Origin: Candidatus Cloacimonadales bacterium
GTDB taxonomy: Bacteria; Cloacimonadota; Cloacimonadia; Cloacimonadales; JAFGVF01
DNA: 64,000 nucleotides
Assembly (NCBI GenBank): GCA_963662585.1
Contig: OY759729.1
Coordinates: forward strand, 544,001 to 608,000
Direction: 5' to 3'
This document shows, one piece after another, positions 22,394-31,301 of this stretch (within the stretch, counting starts at the first letter, position 1; every line of letters begins with the position of its first letter). The position numbers and the translations under genes were made by a program. Below the pieces are notes generated by a model. The model saw nothing but the letters and a program-made list of their open reading frames with translations, had not been told where the DNA came from and did not search any database.

Positions 22394-22398
22394 AACAC

Positions 22399-22483
22399 TG
22401 TGGGGGGCGTATGGCAATACGCCCCTACAATGTATTAAGTCCCCTCGGGAGAAGAGGGGTGCCTACGCAGTAGGCGGGGTGTT
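22399..22483. repeat. GTAG-type REP hairpin plus CCCCTC..GAGGGG..GGGGTGTT module
   Basis: Minus strand reads TGTAGGGGCGTATTGCCATACGCCCC; followed on plus by CCCCTCGGGAGAAGAGGGGTGCCTACGCAGTAGGCGGGGTGTT; relatives elsewhere in window. Confidence 0.75.
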
Positions 22484-22789
22484 GAAGGTGTACCAGATTT
22501 AACTTCCATAGCAAGTACTAAAACGAGGAGTTTAAGAGGTCATTTCTCTTTTCTTAAAAATTAGTGTAATTCGTGAAATTAGTGGATCGATTTCTTCTTC
22601 TTTATCATCATTGTGAAGCAATAGCTCAATTTTTTACTTATACTTATTAATTTCCTTGTGTCTTTGTAGTAAAAGTTCTTCTCTATCTCTATCTCTTTCT
22701 CCAACTCAATTCTCTTTTAGCAAACTTTTTCCTTGTCAAGAAATTGCCCAATATTTTAAATGAATAAAATAATATTTTCAGAGGTTATC

Positions 22790-23557
22790 ATGAGAAAGAT
22801 TATCGTTGCCGGAAATTGGAAGATGAATCATAATTATGATGAAGCTACAGGATTTGTTCAAGAATTACTTCCTCACCTTAAAAGTGTTGAAAGTAACAAT
22901 GTTGAGATGATGATTGCGCCTTCCTTTTTATTTGTGGAAAAACTAAAAGCTTTAGCACAAGAGTCTCACCTCCAAATTGGTGCACAAGATGTAAGTTCTC
23001 AGGAAAAAGGAGCTTACACAGGTGAAGTTTCAGCCGAAATGTTAGCTTCTATCAAGAGTGATTTTGCAATAATCGGACATTCAGAAAGAAGAGAATATCA
23101 CCAAGAGTCGAATGAGCTTATTAAAGAAAAGATGATAAAACTTTTTAACTATAACATTAGACCAATTGTCTGTATTGGTGAAACTTTAGAGCAAAGAGAG
23201 CAAGGAATAACTAAAGCAGTTATTTTATCTCAGCTTAAGGGTTGTTTTTCAGGAATAGAATTAGCTAAGCATCTTGAAGTGGTCATAGCTTATGAACCTG
23301 TTTGGGCTATTGGTACTGGTAAAACAGCAACACCAGAAATGGCAGAAGAAGTGCATGCTATGATCAGAGAGTGGTTAACTTCTGAGTATGGTAAAGATTG
23401 CTCTCAAGCAATTCATATTCTTTATGGTGGGAGTATGAAGCCTGACAATATTGAAGCTTTGGTAAATCAGCCAAACATCGATGGTGGTTTGATAGGAGGA
23501 GCTTCTTTGAAAGTAAGTTCTTACCTAGAGATGATTAAAATAGCAAGTAAATTATAG
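22790..23557 (+). CDS. tpiA: Triosephosphate isomerase
   Basis: AGNWKMN, IGHSERR, AYEPVWAIGTG, YGGS, GGASL; ATG 22790 after GAGG. Confidence 0.97.
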   Translation: MRKIIVAGNWKMNHNYDEATGFVQELLPHLKSVESNNVEMMIAPSFLFVEKLKALAQESHLQIGAQDVSSQEKGAYTGEVSAEMLASIKSDFAIIGHSERREYHQESNELIKEKMIKLFNYNIRPIVCIGETLEQREQGITKAVILSQLKGCFSGIELAKHLEVVIAYEPVWAIGTGKTATPEMAEEVHAMIREWLTSEYGKDCSQAIHILYGGSMKPDNIEALVNQPNIDGGLIGGASLKVSSYLEMIKIASKL

Positions 23558-23572
23558 ATATTGAGGAATAAA

Positions 23573-24829
23573 ATGTTAGATTTAAAATTTATTAGAGAGA
23601 ATGCAGAGCTTGTAAAAGAAGCTATAAAAAATAAAAATGAGAAAGCAGATATTGATAGAATTTTAGAATTAGATGAAGTAAAGAGAATAGCTCAATTCAA
23701 ATTTGATCAGAAGAAAGCTGACCAAAACAGAGTTTCTAAAGAAATCGGACTTAAGAAGAAGAATAAAGAAGATGCTTCTGAATTATTAGACCAAATGGCT
23801 AGTGTGGCTCAAGAGATTAAAGACCTAAAGAACACTCTCACTGATGCCGAAAATGCTCTTAATGAAGCAATTCTCTGGGTACCAAATATGCCTCATGCAG
23901 ATGTTCCTGTTGGTAAATCTGAAGATGATAATCAGACTATTAGAGAATGGGGCACCAAGCGTGAATTTACCTTTCAGCCTGTAGATCATGTTGAAATAGC
24001 ACAGAAGAACAATCTTTTAGATTTAGAAAGAGGTGCTAAAATATCAGGTAGTGGATTTCCTATTCACACAGGAATGGGTGCAAGATTAGAAAGAGCTTTG
24101 ATTAACTTCATGTTAGATTATCATTTAATTCATCATGGCTATCAAGAAATCATGGTACCATCTATGGTTAATCCTGCTTCTATGCGTGGTACAGGTCAAC
24201 TTCCTAAACTTAAAGATGATATGTATTGCATTGCTGAAGATGATATGTATCTTATTCCAACAGCTGAAGTTCCTATCACTAACTTCTACTCTGGTGAAAT
24301 ATTAAAGAATGAAGACTTACCAAAGAAATTTGTCGGTTTTTCTAATTGTTTTAGAAGAGAAGCAGGTTCCTATGGAAAAGATACTAGAGGATTACAAAGA
24401 CTTCATCAGTTCAATAAAGTAGAGATGGTAAGATTTGTTAGACCTGAAGATTCTTGGTCAGTTTTAGCAGAAATGGTTAATGACGCTGAAGATATTCTTA
24501 AAGCTCTAAACCTACCATACCGAGTGCTTAGACTCTGTACAGGTGATACTAGCTTTGCTTCTGCCATGACCTACGACTTAGAAGTCTGGGCTCCAGGAGC
24601 TAATAAATACCTTGAAGTATCTTCAGTATCAAATTTTGTAGATTTCCAAGCACGCCGTGCTTCTATTAGATTTAGAGATAATGAAGGCAAGGTTCAATTC
24701 GTTCATACTTTGAATGGCTCTGGTTTAGCAACCCCAAGAACTATTATTGCTATTTTAGAGAATTACCAAAATGAAGATGGAAGCTTTGAAATACCTGAAG
24801 TTTTAAAAGCTTATTTACCAAAAATATAA
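23573..24829 (+). CDS. serS: Serine--tRNA ligase
   Basis: MLDLKFIR, LIPTAEVP, FRREAGS, RLHQFNKVE, EVSSVSN, HTLNGSGLA motifs. Confidence 0.97.
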   Translation: MLDLKFIRENAELVKEAIKNKNEKADIDRILELDEVKRIAQFKFDQKKADQNRVSKEIGLKKKNKEDASELLDQMASVAQEIKDLKNTLTDAENALNEAILWVPNMPHADVPVGKSEDDNQTIREWGTKREFTFQPVDHVEIAQKNNLLDLERGAKISGSGFPIHTGMGARLERALINFMLDYHLIHHGYQEIMVPSMVNPASMRGTGQLPKLKDDMYCIAEDDMYLIPTAEVPITNFYSGEILKNEDLPKKFVGFSNCFRREAGSYGKDTRGLQRLHQFNKVEMVRFVRPEDSWSVLAEMVNDAEDILKALNLPYRVLRLCTGDTSFASAMTYDLEVWAPGANKYLEVSSVSNFVDFQARRASIRFRDNEGKVQFVHTLNGSGLATPRTIIAILENYQNEDGSFEIPEVLKAYLPKI

Positions 24830-24847
24830 GAATATTATTTACCCTCT

Positions 24848-25493
24848 TAAATCCCCCTCCGCGAGGGGGACACAGGGGGTGTTTTCTTCTATAGAGTGGA
24901 AGCGTCCCTGCTTCCATTAACTGGGATTTCAAGATCTTCAATCAGCTTAGACACTATTCATCTGCTACTTATCAATTCACAGCGGACAAGCTGTCCTCAA
25001 TCCGACAGAAGAGGGATTATCACGCTGTAAACTCCCCGCTTTAGTGCTGAAAGCACGCTAAAAGAGGGGTGGCTGCGAAGCAGACGGGGTGTTTTAAATC
25101 CCCCTCCGCGAGGGGGACACAGGGGGTGTTTTCTTCTATGGAATGGAAGCGTCCCTGCTTCCATTAACTGGGATTTCAAGATCTTCAATCAGCTTAGACA
25201 CTATTCATCTGCTACTTATCAATTCACAGCGGACAAGCTGTCCTCAATCCGACAGAAGAGGGATTATCACACTAAATCTCCCTCCGCGAGGAGGATACAG
25301 GGGGTGTCTTCTTCTATGGAATGGAAGCGTCCCAGCTTCCATTAACTGGGATTTCATGATCTTCAATCAGCTTAGACACTATTCATCTACTACTTATCAA
25401 TTCACAGCGGACAAGTTGTCCACAATCCGACAGAAGAGGGATTATCACACTAAATCCCCCTTAGCGAGGGGGAAACAGGGGGTATTTTCTTCT
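24848..25493. repeat. Tandem array of three 178-bp composite units plus partial fourth, with one extra ~69-bp module
   Basis: Units start with TAAAT at 24848, 25095, 25273, 25451 (spacings 247, 178, 178); near-identical. Confidence 0.92.
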
Positions 25494-25500
25494 AAAGAAT

Positions 25501-26541
25501 CTAATAATTCTTACTCTTTAAATATCCCACAACACAATTAGCTATTGATTTTTCAAAATCAGGTTTTTCCTCTTTAAATTTCCATTCTCTATTTTCCTGA
25601 TAATAATAGCCCTTATTTTTAACAATCACATTTACCCCAAAATGCTGAGCCTGAAACTCTATTAAATGATATTCTTTCCCATCGAAAGCGACATCGATAG
25701 AAAGAGAAGGAGTATTGAATTTCTTAAAGATTTCCATACTGAAATCTAAAAGTGCTGTTTCTGCTGTGAAATTACAATCAAACTTCTTGGCTCCCGAAGC
25801 TCTAAAGTCATTATCTCTATTCCAGCGTCTAGTTACCCAAAGTTGATCAAAAAGGACTAAGACTCGATAATCATATTGCAAGTTAGGAATAAATGGTTGT
25901 AAGATAAAACTACGCTCTGGCTTGATATGCTTTTCATATTGAAGGGCATCTTTTCTCTTACAATGTTCTGGATATTCTTTGAACTTTTTAAATCTTAAAT
26001 GAGCTCTTCTTATAAGGTCTAATCTTTCTCTAAATTTTATTTTTTCCCATTTTTTCAAGGTCTCTATGAGTTCATTATGAGATTTAACTAAGAAGACACC
26101 GTTGCCGTTAGAACCATCAATAGTCTTCAAAACAACTGGATAAGTAATATCATAATCAACAATATCATCACTTGAGGAGAAATAGAGGCTATTAAGTGAT
26201 TTTATACATAACTTCTTCTTTAGGATTTCTTGATAGCCTTTATCTTCATGACATAAAAGCAGGGGTAGTTCAGGAATTAAATCATAGTCTTTCATGTGAA
26301 GATAATGAATGATATCGCCAATATAATGTCGAAGATTCTCTTTTTGACTAAATGTATAAAAAACAGGTATTCCTGCAAGATCAATATCATTATTAAAGAC
26401 TTGGTGATAGGTAAAGATTTGTGGGTCATAGCCCATTGCTCTGATTAGTTTCTCTATTCTATCTAAATTAGCTGAGACCCAAGGCTTACGAGTTTGTCCG
26501 TAAAACTTTCCATCACGAGTTAATATTGCAATTTTTTTCAA
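25501..26541 (-). CDS. RimK-like ATP-grasp fold protein
   Basis: EDK, YPVVLKTIDGSNGNGVFLV, ILQPFI, DYRVLV, DFRASG, SIDVA, LIEFQ motifs; TTG start. Confidence 0.8.
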   Translation of the reverse strand: MKKIAILTRDGKFYGQTRKPWVSANLDRIEKLIRAMGYDPQIFTYHQVFNNDIDLAGIPVFYTFSQKENLRHYIGDIIHYLHMKDYDLIPELPLLLCHEDKGYQEILKKKLCIKSLNSLYFSSSDDIVDYDITYPVVLKTIDGSNGNGVFLVKSHNELIETLKKWEKIKFRERLDLIRRAHLRFKKFKEYPEHCKRKDALQYEKHIKPERSFILQPFIPNLQYDYRVLVLFDQLWVTRRWNRDNDFRASGAKKFDCNFTAETALLDFSMEIFKKFNTPSLSIDVAFDGKEYHLIEFQAQHFGVNVIVKNKGYYYQENREWKFKEEKPDFEKSIANCVVGYLKSKNY

Positions 26542-26826
26542 TTTATCTAAACTCCAGAAAATTATTTTTTACACTATTTATTGCGATAATGAACTGTCAA
26601 TACAAAAATAGAGCCAAGTAGCTCTTTTGAATGTATTTCTTGCCTAATCTAGAGATTATCTCTTAGTGGTATTCCCTTGCTCCATCACTCTAAACTCATT
26701 TTCTTTTCGAAAACTCATTTGATTGAGTGAGAAAGAGCAAGGAAAGAGAATTGAAGAACATTATAGCGAGAGTAGAATAGTAAGCCAATAATAAGAAGCT
26801 GAAGTTAAGTCTTTCTAAAAATATTG

Positions 26827-26862
26827 AAAAAAAAAGTGGCTACCAATATTGGCAACCACTTT
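26827..26862 (-). terminator. Intrinsic terminator after small G/K-rich gene
   Basis: AAAGTGG.T.CCAATATTGG.A.CCACTTT hairpin with T-run on minus strand. Confidence 0.7.
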
Positions 26863-26889
26863 AGTAAATTTTACATAACATTCCAGAGA

Positions 26890-27087
26890 CTATCTATTTC
26901 CGTGACCCTTTCCATTTCCAGAAGAATTACCTTTTCCAGCTCCAGGTTGAGGACCTTTTTTAGCACCTTCATTCTTTTTAGAAGCTTGATCTAAGCCTCT
27001 TCCTTTATCATTACCTACTGCTTTTCCTAAACCTTTTCCGGTTTTTGGACCTTTCCCATTAGGGCCTGTTTTGTCTCCATTTGGCAT
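26890..27087 (-). CDS. Small Gly/Lys-rich protein with DUF5320-like N-terminus
   Basis: MPNGDKTGPNGKGPKTGKGLG matches MPxGDxTGPxGxGPxTGxGxG pattern; AAGGAG RBS; own terminator. Confidence 0.75.
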   Translation of the reverse strand: MPNGDKTGPNGKGPKTGKGLGKAVGNDKGRGLDQASKKNEGAKKGPQPGAGKGNSSGNGKGHGNR

Positions 27088-27384
27088 AATAGAACTCCTT
27101 TAAAAAACTTATATGACATAGTATAACTAACTTTAGTTCAAAACCAAATTTTATTATTTATATTTCAACTTTATTTTTAGATATTTTCCAATTTATAGAT
27201 AATCCTAAAATCAGCTTAAAAGTTAATATAAAAGTATTTTTTCTAGTGAAGAATATAATCCAGTAGTCAAAGACTTCTAATTTGATTTATCTTGATTTCA
27301 AGCCAAATTTGACCTTTTATTTCGAACTTATGTTCATTATATCATGAATTCATCTATTTCTTTTCTATCTACTTGGCTTCTTAA

Positions 27385-27427
27385 ATAAAAAAAACTCTCC
27401 CGAAACTTATCTAATTTCAGGAGAGTA
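27385..27427 (-). terminator. Intrinsic terminator after yitT
   Basis: ACTCTCC.GAAA...TTTC.GGAGAGT hairpin with T-run on minus strand. Confidence 0.65.
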
Positions 27428-27453
27428 TCGTTCAAATCAATAATTCTTGCAGA

Positions 27454-28449
27454 TTACTTTCTTTCTTTAGCAGAGTTTAAATTTGCTTGAATCTGTTCTA
27501 AACTCTTATTATCTTGAAGATTTAGTTGCCTACTTTTAAATCCATATCCCATAACATCATAAACATCATTAAGAATAACAAAAGAATTAGGATCAATACT
27601 TTTTACTAGATCAGTAAGAGGACCAACCTGTCTTCTATTACATACGCAGAGCAAGACATTAAGCTCTCTCCCACTCCAACCTGATTCAGCTTTAAACATG
27701 GTTACCCCACGATTTAATCTTTTATAAATTTCATTCTTAATTTCAATTGCTTCCGTGGAGATAATATAAACACCTTTGATGTAAGGAAGACCTTCACTGG
27801 CAATGTCTGTCATCTTAGTAGAAATGAAGAGGTTAACATAAGCCCAGATAAGAAGTCTAATATCTTGGAAAGTAAAGCAAACAGTAAGAATGATTAAGGT
27901 CTCAATTACCCAGTAAGCAGAACCTACAGAGATTCCAGTCTTTTGTTTCACTAAGGCTACTGGGATATCAGTTCCACCTGTAGAACCTCTAAACCTAAAA
28001 ATTATACCTAAGCCAAGTCCTAACAATACCGATCCGGCAATAGCAGAAAGATACATTTCATCAGGACTCAACATTGCTAATACTTCTTTTCCTTTAAAGA
28101 CATGAGTAAAAGGCTCTAAAGATGGAATAATCCCGATTTTGTGTAAGGTAGAGAAGCTTACAGCATCAATCATTAAAGCAGAGGTAATCATACCAAAAAT
28201 TGACCTAGCACCAAAAGTCTTTCCTATCATTATAAAACTGATAATGAAAAGAGGAAGATTCATAATTAAACTAATCATACCTACAGGAAGTGCATAAAAG
28301 TGATTAAGAATTTGAGCTATACCACCAACTCCACCTGGAGACATTTGATAGGGTACCAAAAACCATGAGTATCCTATCCCGTAAAAAATACTACCAACAA
28401 TAATGCCTAAGATTTGTTTAACATCTAAAGCTTCCAAAGCGTTTTTCAT
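27454..28449 (-). CDS. YitT family membrane protein
   Basis: PGGVGGIA, NLPLF, GSTGGTDI, RGVT, IDPNSFV..V.G.GF motifs. Confidence 0.9.
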   Translation of the reverse strand: MKNALEALDVKQILGIIVGSIFYGIGYSWFLVPYQMSPGGVGGIAQILNHFYALPVGMISLIMNLPLFIISFIMIGKTFGARSIFGMITSALMIDAVSFSTLHKIGIIPSLEPFTHVFKGKEVLAMLSPDEMYLSAIAGSVLLGLGLGIIFRFRGSTGGTDIPVALVKQKTGISVGSAYWVIETLIILTVCFTFQDIRLLIWAYVNLFISTKMTDIASEGLPYIKGVYIISTEAIEIKNEIYKRLNRGVTMFKAESGWSGRELNVLLCVCNRRQVGPLTDLVKSIDPNSFVILNDVYDVMGYGFKSRQLNLQDNKSLEQIQANLNSAKERK

Positions 28450-28470
28450 TTATTCCTCACATTTATTATT

Positions 28471-28635
28471 ATCCCAAATAATGCAGTAGATCTTTTAGAA
28501 TAGCACTATATTCATTTGCTAAAGCATTTTACATAATTTCTCAGAGTATATATATTATACGCTGATAAATTCTGTAAAAGCTTTATCTAAAAGAATCTGC
28601 ACTCTTCTGTAAAGCTCTACTGCACCATTCGGGAT
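28471..28635 (-). ncRNA. Rod-shaped structured RNA, probable 6S RNA (SsrS-like)
   Basis: Minus-strand 5' AUCCCGAAUGGUGCAGUAGA pairs over 20 bp with 3' UCUACUGCAUUAUUUGGGAU using three G-U pairs; inner long stem UAAAGC-UUUUACA...GUAUA-loop-UAUAC...UGUAAAA-GCUUUA; loosely paired central region; TTGACA upstream (28673-28678). Confidence 0.6.
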
Positions 28636-28806
28636 TATTCTTTTATCTGCATAAATTTTTAGCCTGTCTTTATGTCAATATAAATCGTTTTGTGGTAATA
28701 AAACACAATTAAATAAACTTTTTATAATTATTTTTGGAAAATTTGACCACATTCAGAAAAAGTGGGCCCTATATATTTATGTAAGCATGAAATAATTGGA
28801 GGACAA

Positions 28807-28965
28807 ATGAAACAATTTGATTTGATTAAATTCTGGGATAAAATGAATAATATTGATACACAACTGAAGCTTCACCGTCAAGAACATAAACATTTATTAT
28901 ATTTTCTAATTTCGATATCAAGTATTGGATTATTACTAATAGCTCCTAATAGTCCAATTTTCTAG
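28807..28965 (+). CDS. Small protein (52 aa) with C-terminal hydrophobic segment
   Basis: GGAGG RBS before ATG 28807; TTGACC upstream at 28744. Confidence 0.55.
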   Translation: MKQFDLIKFWDKMNNIDTQLKLHRQEHKHLLYFLISISSIGLLLIAPNSPIF

Positions 28966-28997
28966 TTTTTAACCCAATAAGCAAAGAGGAGAATAAG

Positions 28998-29201
28998 ATG
29001 AAAGAACTTATCGTAAAAGATGTAATGAAGAATTTAACCAAAGGAAAAGACCAGTATAATGATGACACTATAAGCTATTTAACAGATAAGATTAACGCTA
29101 TCTTAGATATTCCCTTTATCAATGAAGAAGTTGAAAGGATAATTATTGAAGCAATACTGCAAATCATTTATAGTATAATCTTTGCTAGAAAAAACACTTA
29201 A
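28998..29201 (+). CDS. Small hypothetical protein (67 aa)
   Basis: GAGGAG RBS; followed by a terminator hairpin. Confidence 0.65.
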   Translation: MKELIVKDVMKNLTKGKDQYNDDTISYLTDKINAILDIPFINEEVERIIIEAILQIIYSIIFARKNT

Positions 29202-29218
29202 AGAATAAAACAATAACT

Positions 29219-29254
29219 AGCCCACTTAGAAGTATTTTCTGAGTGGGCTTTCTT
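29219..29254 (+). terminator. Intrinsic terminator
   Basis: AGCCCACTTAGAA...TTCTGAGTGGGCT followed by TTCTT. Confidence 0.75.
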
Positions 29255-29329
29255 ATATTTAAGGAAAAAACTTGACCTTTATGATTCAGATAATATTTTG
29301 AACAAATAATTATTTTGGAGTAATAAGCT

Positions 29330-30001
29330 ATGTTAGATTTTAAGGCTGTAATTTTTGATTTAGATGGTACTTTAGTAAATACAATTGCTGATATTGCAAA
29401 CTCAATGAATAGAGTTTTAGAGTCAATGAATTTACCAAAGCATACTATATCTGAATACTATTACTTTGTTGGGGCAGGCCTAACAGAGTTATGTAGGAGA
29501 GTTTTGCCTGAAAATTTGCGTGATGAGAAGACTGTCTTACATTACAGGGAATTATTCAATCAAGATTATAATGAGAATTGGAGTAATGCAACATTGCCCT
29601 ATAGTGGTATTTTAGAATTATTAACTTACTTACTAACAATAGATAAAACTATTGCAGTTCTTTCTAACAAACCTGATGAATTCTGTAAAGTAATGGTAAA
29701 ACACTACTTTCCAGAGATAAACTTCTCAATCGTTAAGGGTAATATTGAGTCTATTCCTCCTAAACCTGACCCTGCAGGAGGAGATGCAATTATAAAAAGC
29801 CTTAAGATCGTCCCAAAAGAGGTCTTGTTTATTGGCGATTCTGATATTGATATGCAAACAGCACTTAATTGTGGATTCACTGGTATTGGTGCAGAATGGG
29901 GCTTTAGGACAAAAGAAGAACTTGAAAAAGCTGGAGCAAAATTTACTTTTAAGACTCCTCAAGACTTATTAACATTTTTAAAGGAGCAAGCATGCGAATA
30001 G
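29330..30001 (+). CDS. HAD-superfamily hydrolase (phosphoglycolate phosphatase-like)
   Basis: FDLDGTL, LSNK, KPDP, FIGDSDID, WGFR motifs. Confidence 0.9.
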   Translation: MLDFKAVIFDLDGTLVNTIADIANSMNRVLESMNLPKHTISEYYYFVGAGLTELCRRVLPENLRDEKTVLHYRELFNQDYNENWSNATLPYSGILELLTYLLTIDKTIAVLSNKPDEFCKVMVKHYFPEINFSIVKGNIESIPPKPDPAGGDAIIKSLKIVPKEVLFIGDSDIDMQTALNCGFTGIGAEWGFRTKEELEKAGAKFTFKTPQDLLTFLKEQACE

Positions 30002-30258
30002 ATCAAATATTGAACAAACTATGTTTAATAAAAACTAGATCAATAGCTAATCAAGCCTGCCATAAAGGCTTAATCGAAATAAATAACCAAGCAGTGAAAG
30101 CAAGCGCAACTGTTAAAGAAAATGATTTAGTATCAATAAAACTAAATGGTTATAAAACTGTAATCAAAATAGTTCAAGTACCTAATGGGAATGTTTCAAA
30201 AAAAAGTGCTCTTGACTATTATGAGCTTTTAGAAAGAAACTTATTGGATTCTGAATAA
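29992..30258 (+). CDS. S4 domain RNA-binding protein (Hsp15/RqcP-like)
   Basis: MRID..L....LIKTRS.A..AC..G.I.IN....KAS..VK.ND pattern. Confidence 0.85.
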   Translation: MRIDQILNKLCLIKTRSIANQACHKGLIEINNQAVKASATVKENDLVSIKLNGYKTVIKIVQVPNGNVSKKSALDYYELLERNLLDSE

Positions 30259-30275
30259 TATAAAATGAGGAAAAA

Positions 30276-30581
30276 ATGACTACTGAAGAAAAACTTAAAT
30301 ATGGAGAAATGTCTAAAATCATCAAAGCAATGTCTCACCCTACAAGATTATTCATTGTTGATAAACTTAAAGAGAGAAAACACTGCGTGTGTGAGTTAAC
30401 TGATATGATTGAATCAGATATTTCTACTGTTTCCAGACATTTAACAGTTCTGAGAAAAGCTGGGATAATCTATGATGAGAAAATAAAGAACAATGTCTTT
30501 TATGCCCTGCGTTGTCCTTGTATTAGCAACTTCTACTCCTGTGTTGTTACAATCATAAATATTCAGAAAGATGAAGAATAA
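30276..30581 (+). CDS. ArsR/SmtB family transcriptional regulator
   Basis: KAMSHPTRL, CVCEL, STVSRHL.VLRKAG motifs; Cys-rich C-terminus. Confidence 0.9.
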   Translation: MTTEEKLKYGEMSKIIKAMSHPTRLFIVDKLKERKHCVCELTDMIESDISTVSRHLTVLRKAGIIYDEKIKNNVFYALRCPCISNFYSCVVTIINIQKDEE

Positions 30582-30627
30582 TATAATTCCTAATCTCTCA
30601 TATATTAATAATCAAACGAATTTTTCC

Positions 30628-30655
30628 TTGACATTATTAACAGTGTTAATATTTT
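30628..30655 (+). promoter_or_regulatory. Promoter with palindromic operator upstream of TetR gene
   Basis: TTGACA (30628-30633), palindrome ATTAACAGTGTTAAT (30636-30650) in the spacer, TATTTT (30650-30655); ATG only 7 nt later with no SD. Confidence 0.65.
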
Positions 30656-30661
30656 AATTCT

Positions 30662-31249
30662 ATGAATAATAATAGTGATAAAGTTGATGTAAAAAAAATA
30701 ATTCTTGATGCAGCTAAAGAGCTCTTCTTAGAACAGGGGATTTCTAGTGTTTCAATGCGGAAAATAGCTAATAAAATTAACTATTCTCCGACAACATTGT
30801 ATATCTATTATTCCAATAAGAATGATATTTTAAAGCACTTAGCTAAAGATTATTTCAGTGAATATGCACAAGGCTATGAGGATATATTAGCTAATACTGA
30901 AAATTCAAGTATAGATAACTTGATAACTTTCATTAAGCTATATATTCACAGAGCTCTAGCTAACCCTGGTATGTACAAATTAATGACCACTCTGTTTGCA
31001 GAAACAGATAGTACACATTTGGGTATTACTAATGCAGGTAAAGGATATGAGATTCTCAAGACTTTGACTTCAAGATGCATAATTGATAAAGAACTCTCGG
31101 AAGGCGATGTAGATTTGAAAGCACAAATTCTCTGGGTCAATACTCACGGTCTCTGTTCTTTACTTACAAAACGACCAAGTTTCCACTGGAGTGAAATTGA
31201 ACTATTAGTAGATAGCAGTATTAATACTGTTATTAAAGGTTTAAAATAG
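30662..31249 (+). CDS. TetR/AcrR family transcriptional regulator
   Basis: ILDAAKELF.EQG...VSMRKIA.KI.YSPTTLYIYY.NK HTH; C-terminal W...HGL. Confidence 0.93.
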   Translation: MNNNSDKVDVKKIILDAAKELFLEQGISSVSMRKIANKINYSPTTLYIYYSNKNDILKHLAKDYFSEYAQGYEDILANTENSSIDNLITFIKLYIHRALANPGMYKLMTTLFAETDSTHLGITNAGKGYEILKTLTSRCIIDKELSEGDVDLKAQILWVNTHGLCSLLTKRPSFHWSEIELLVDSSINTVIKGLK

Positions 31250-31268
31250 TTTTTTTTTACATAGCAAG

Positions 31269-31282
31269 TTAACACTGTTAAT
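31269..31282. promoter_or_regulatory. Second copy of the putative TetR operator
   Basis: TTAACACTGTTAAT, the reverse complement of the site at 30636-30649, 20 bp upstream of the ATG at 31302. Confidence 0.6.
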
Positions 31283-31301
31283 AAACAAATTAGGAGAAAA
31301 T

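Noticed and set aside
24848..25493. CRISPR array interpretation of tandem repeats (also 50422-50570 and 60735-61651)
   Set aside because: Intervening sequences are repeated rather than unique spacers, and no cas genes are present.
24750..25541. ORFs of 63, 63 and 132 aa in the repeat array (also 56821-57018 and 61251-61547)
   Set aside because: Translations of GC-rich repeat modules; no RBS and atypical composition.
25501..27087. ATP-grasp plus 65-aa peptide as a graspetide RiPP pair
   Set aside because: The peptide looks DUF5320-like, has few acidic acceptor residues, and is separated from the ligase by a terminator and ~350 bp.
27324..27335. Imperfect palindrome GAACTTATGTTC as an operator for the DUF5320-like gene
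   Set aside because: Short, 10/12 symmetric, ~240 bp from the start and without a convincing second copy.
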